Source: Eledone cirrhosa (taxonomy: Eukaryota). From it: 64,000 nucleotides of DNA. The notes beneath the pieces are model-generated. The model did not search any database. It had not been told where the DNA came from and worked only from the letters and a program-made list of their open reading frames with translations. A program made the translations under genes and the position numbers. Below are positions 63,856 through 64,000 of this stretch, in pieces. The stretch is taken from the NCBI GenBank assembly GCA_964016885.1, contig OZ024742.1, positions 203,174,001 to 203,238,000 of the forward strand, in the 5' to 3' direction. Within the stretch, counting starts at the first letter, position 1, and each line of letters starts with the position of its first letter.

Positions 63856-64000
63856 AACAATAAAAATGAAAATTGAAACAATGAAAAATTCCCCTATAGG
63901 GAGGAAACCTACGAGGGTTACACGTGGCGAAAATCACTCAAAAGACCACGGCCACCCTGACCACCAGGGCAAGCGCCCTCTCTCAAATTTTTGATTTCTC
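63856..64000 (-). mobile_element. 3'UTR segment of a related Tx1-like copy running off the window
   Basis: aacaatgaaaaattcccc...accctgaccaccag..caag.gccctctc is homologous to 61644-61755. Confidence 0.8.

Overview
Repeat-saturated, AT-rich eukaryotic DNA. The dense (TA)n/(CA)n/(AAT)n microsatellites and SINE types suggest a cephalopod (Octopus-like) genome; this is an inference. I see no credible host protein-coding exon, and nearly all ORFs in the track are microsatellite or satellite artefacts. The real coding sequence is retroelement-derived: a near-intact R4/Dong-clade RLE LINE (ORF 57804-61196, one premature TAG), a 5'-truncated Tx1/L1-clade LINE (61521-63840, minus), and R4, RTE and Penelope GIY-YIG fragments. 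There are about 20 copies of a tRNA-derived SINE, several with 10-18 bp TSDs, two DNA MITEs, and a ~10 kb 37-bp satellite with a 2873-bp higher-order duplication. The main hidden signal is about 12 sequence-unrelated families of small cassettes, mostly abutting (TA)n, carrying type-I hammerhead-ribozyme motifs. Most have minimal palindromic helix III, several have core variants (U3:A8, GCAA for GAAA, U4C/U4A), and many are preserved as fold-back duplications, the signature of Penelope-like retroelements. A second system is an AAT/ATT-targeting community in which the SINE 3' tail resembles the Tx1 LINE 3' tail. All structures were folded and aligned by eye.
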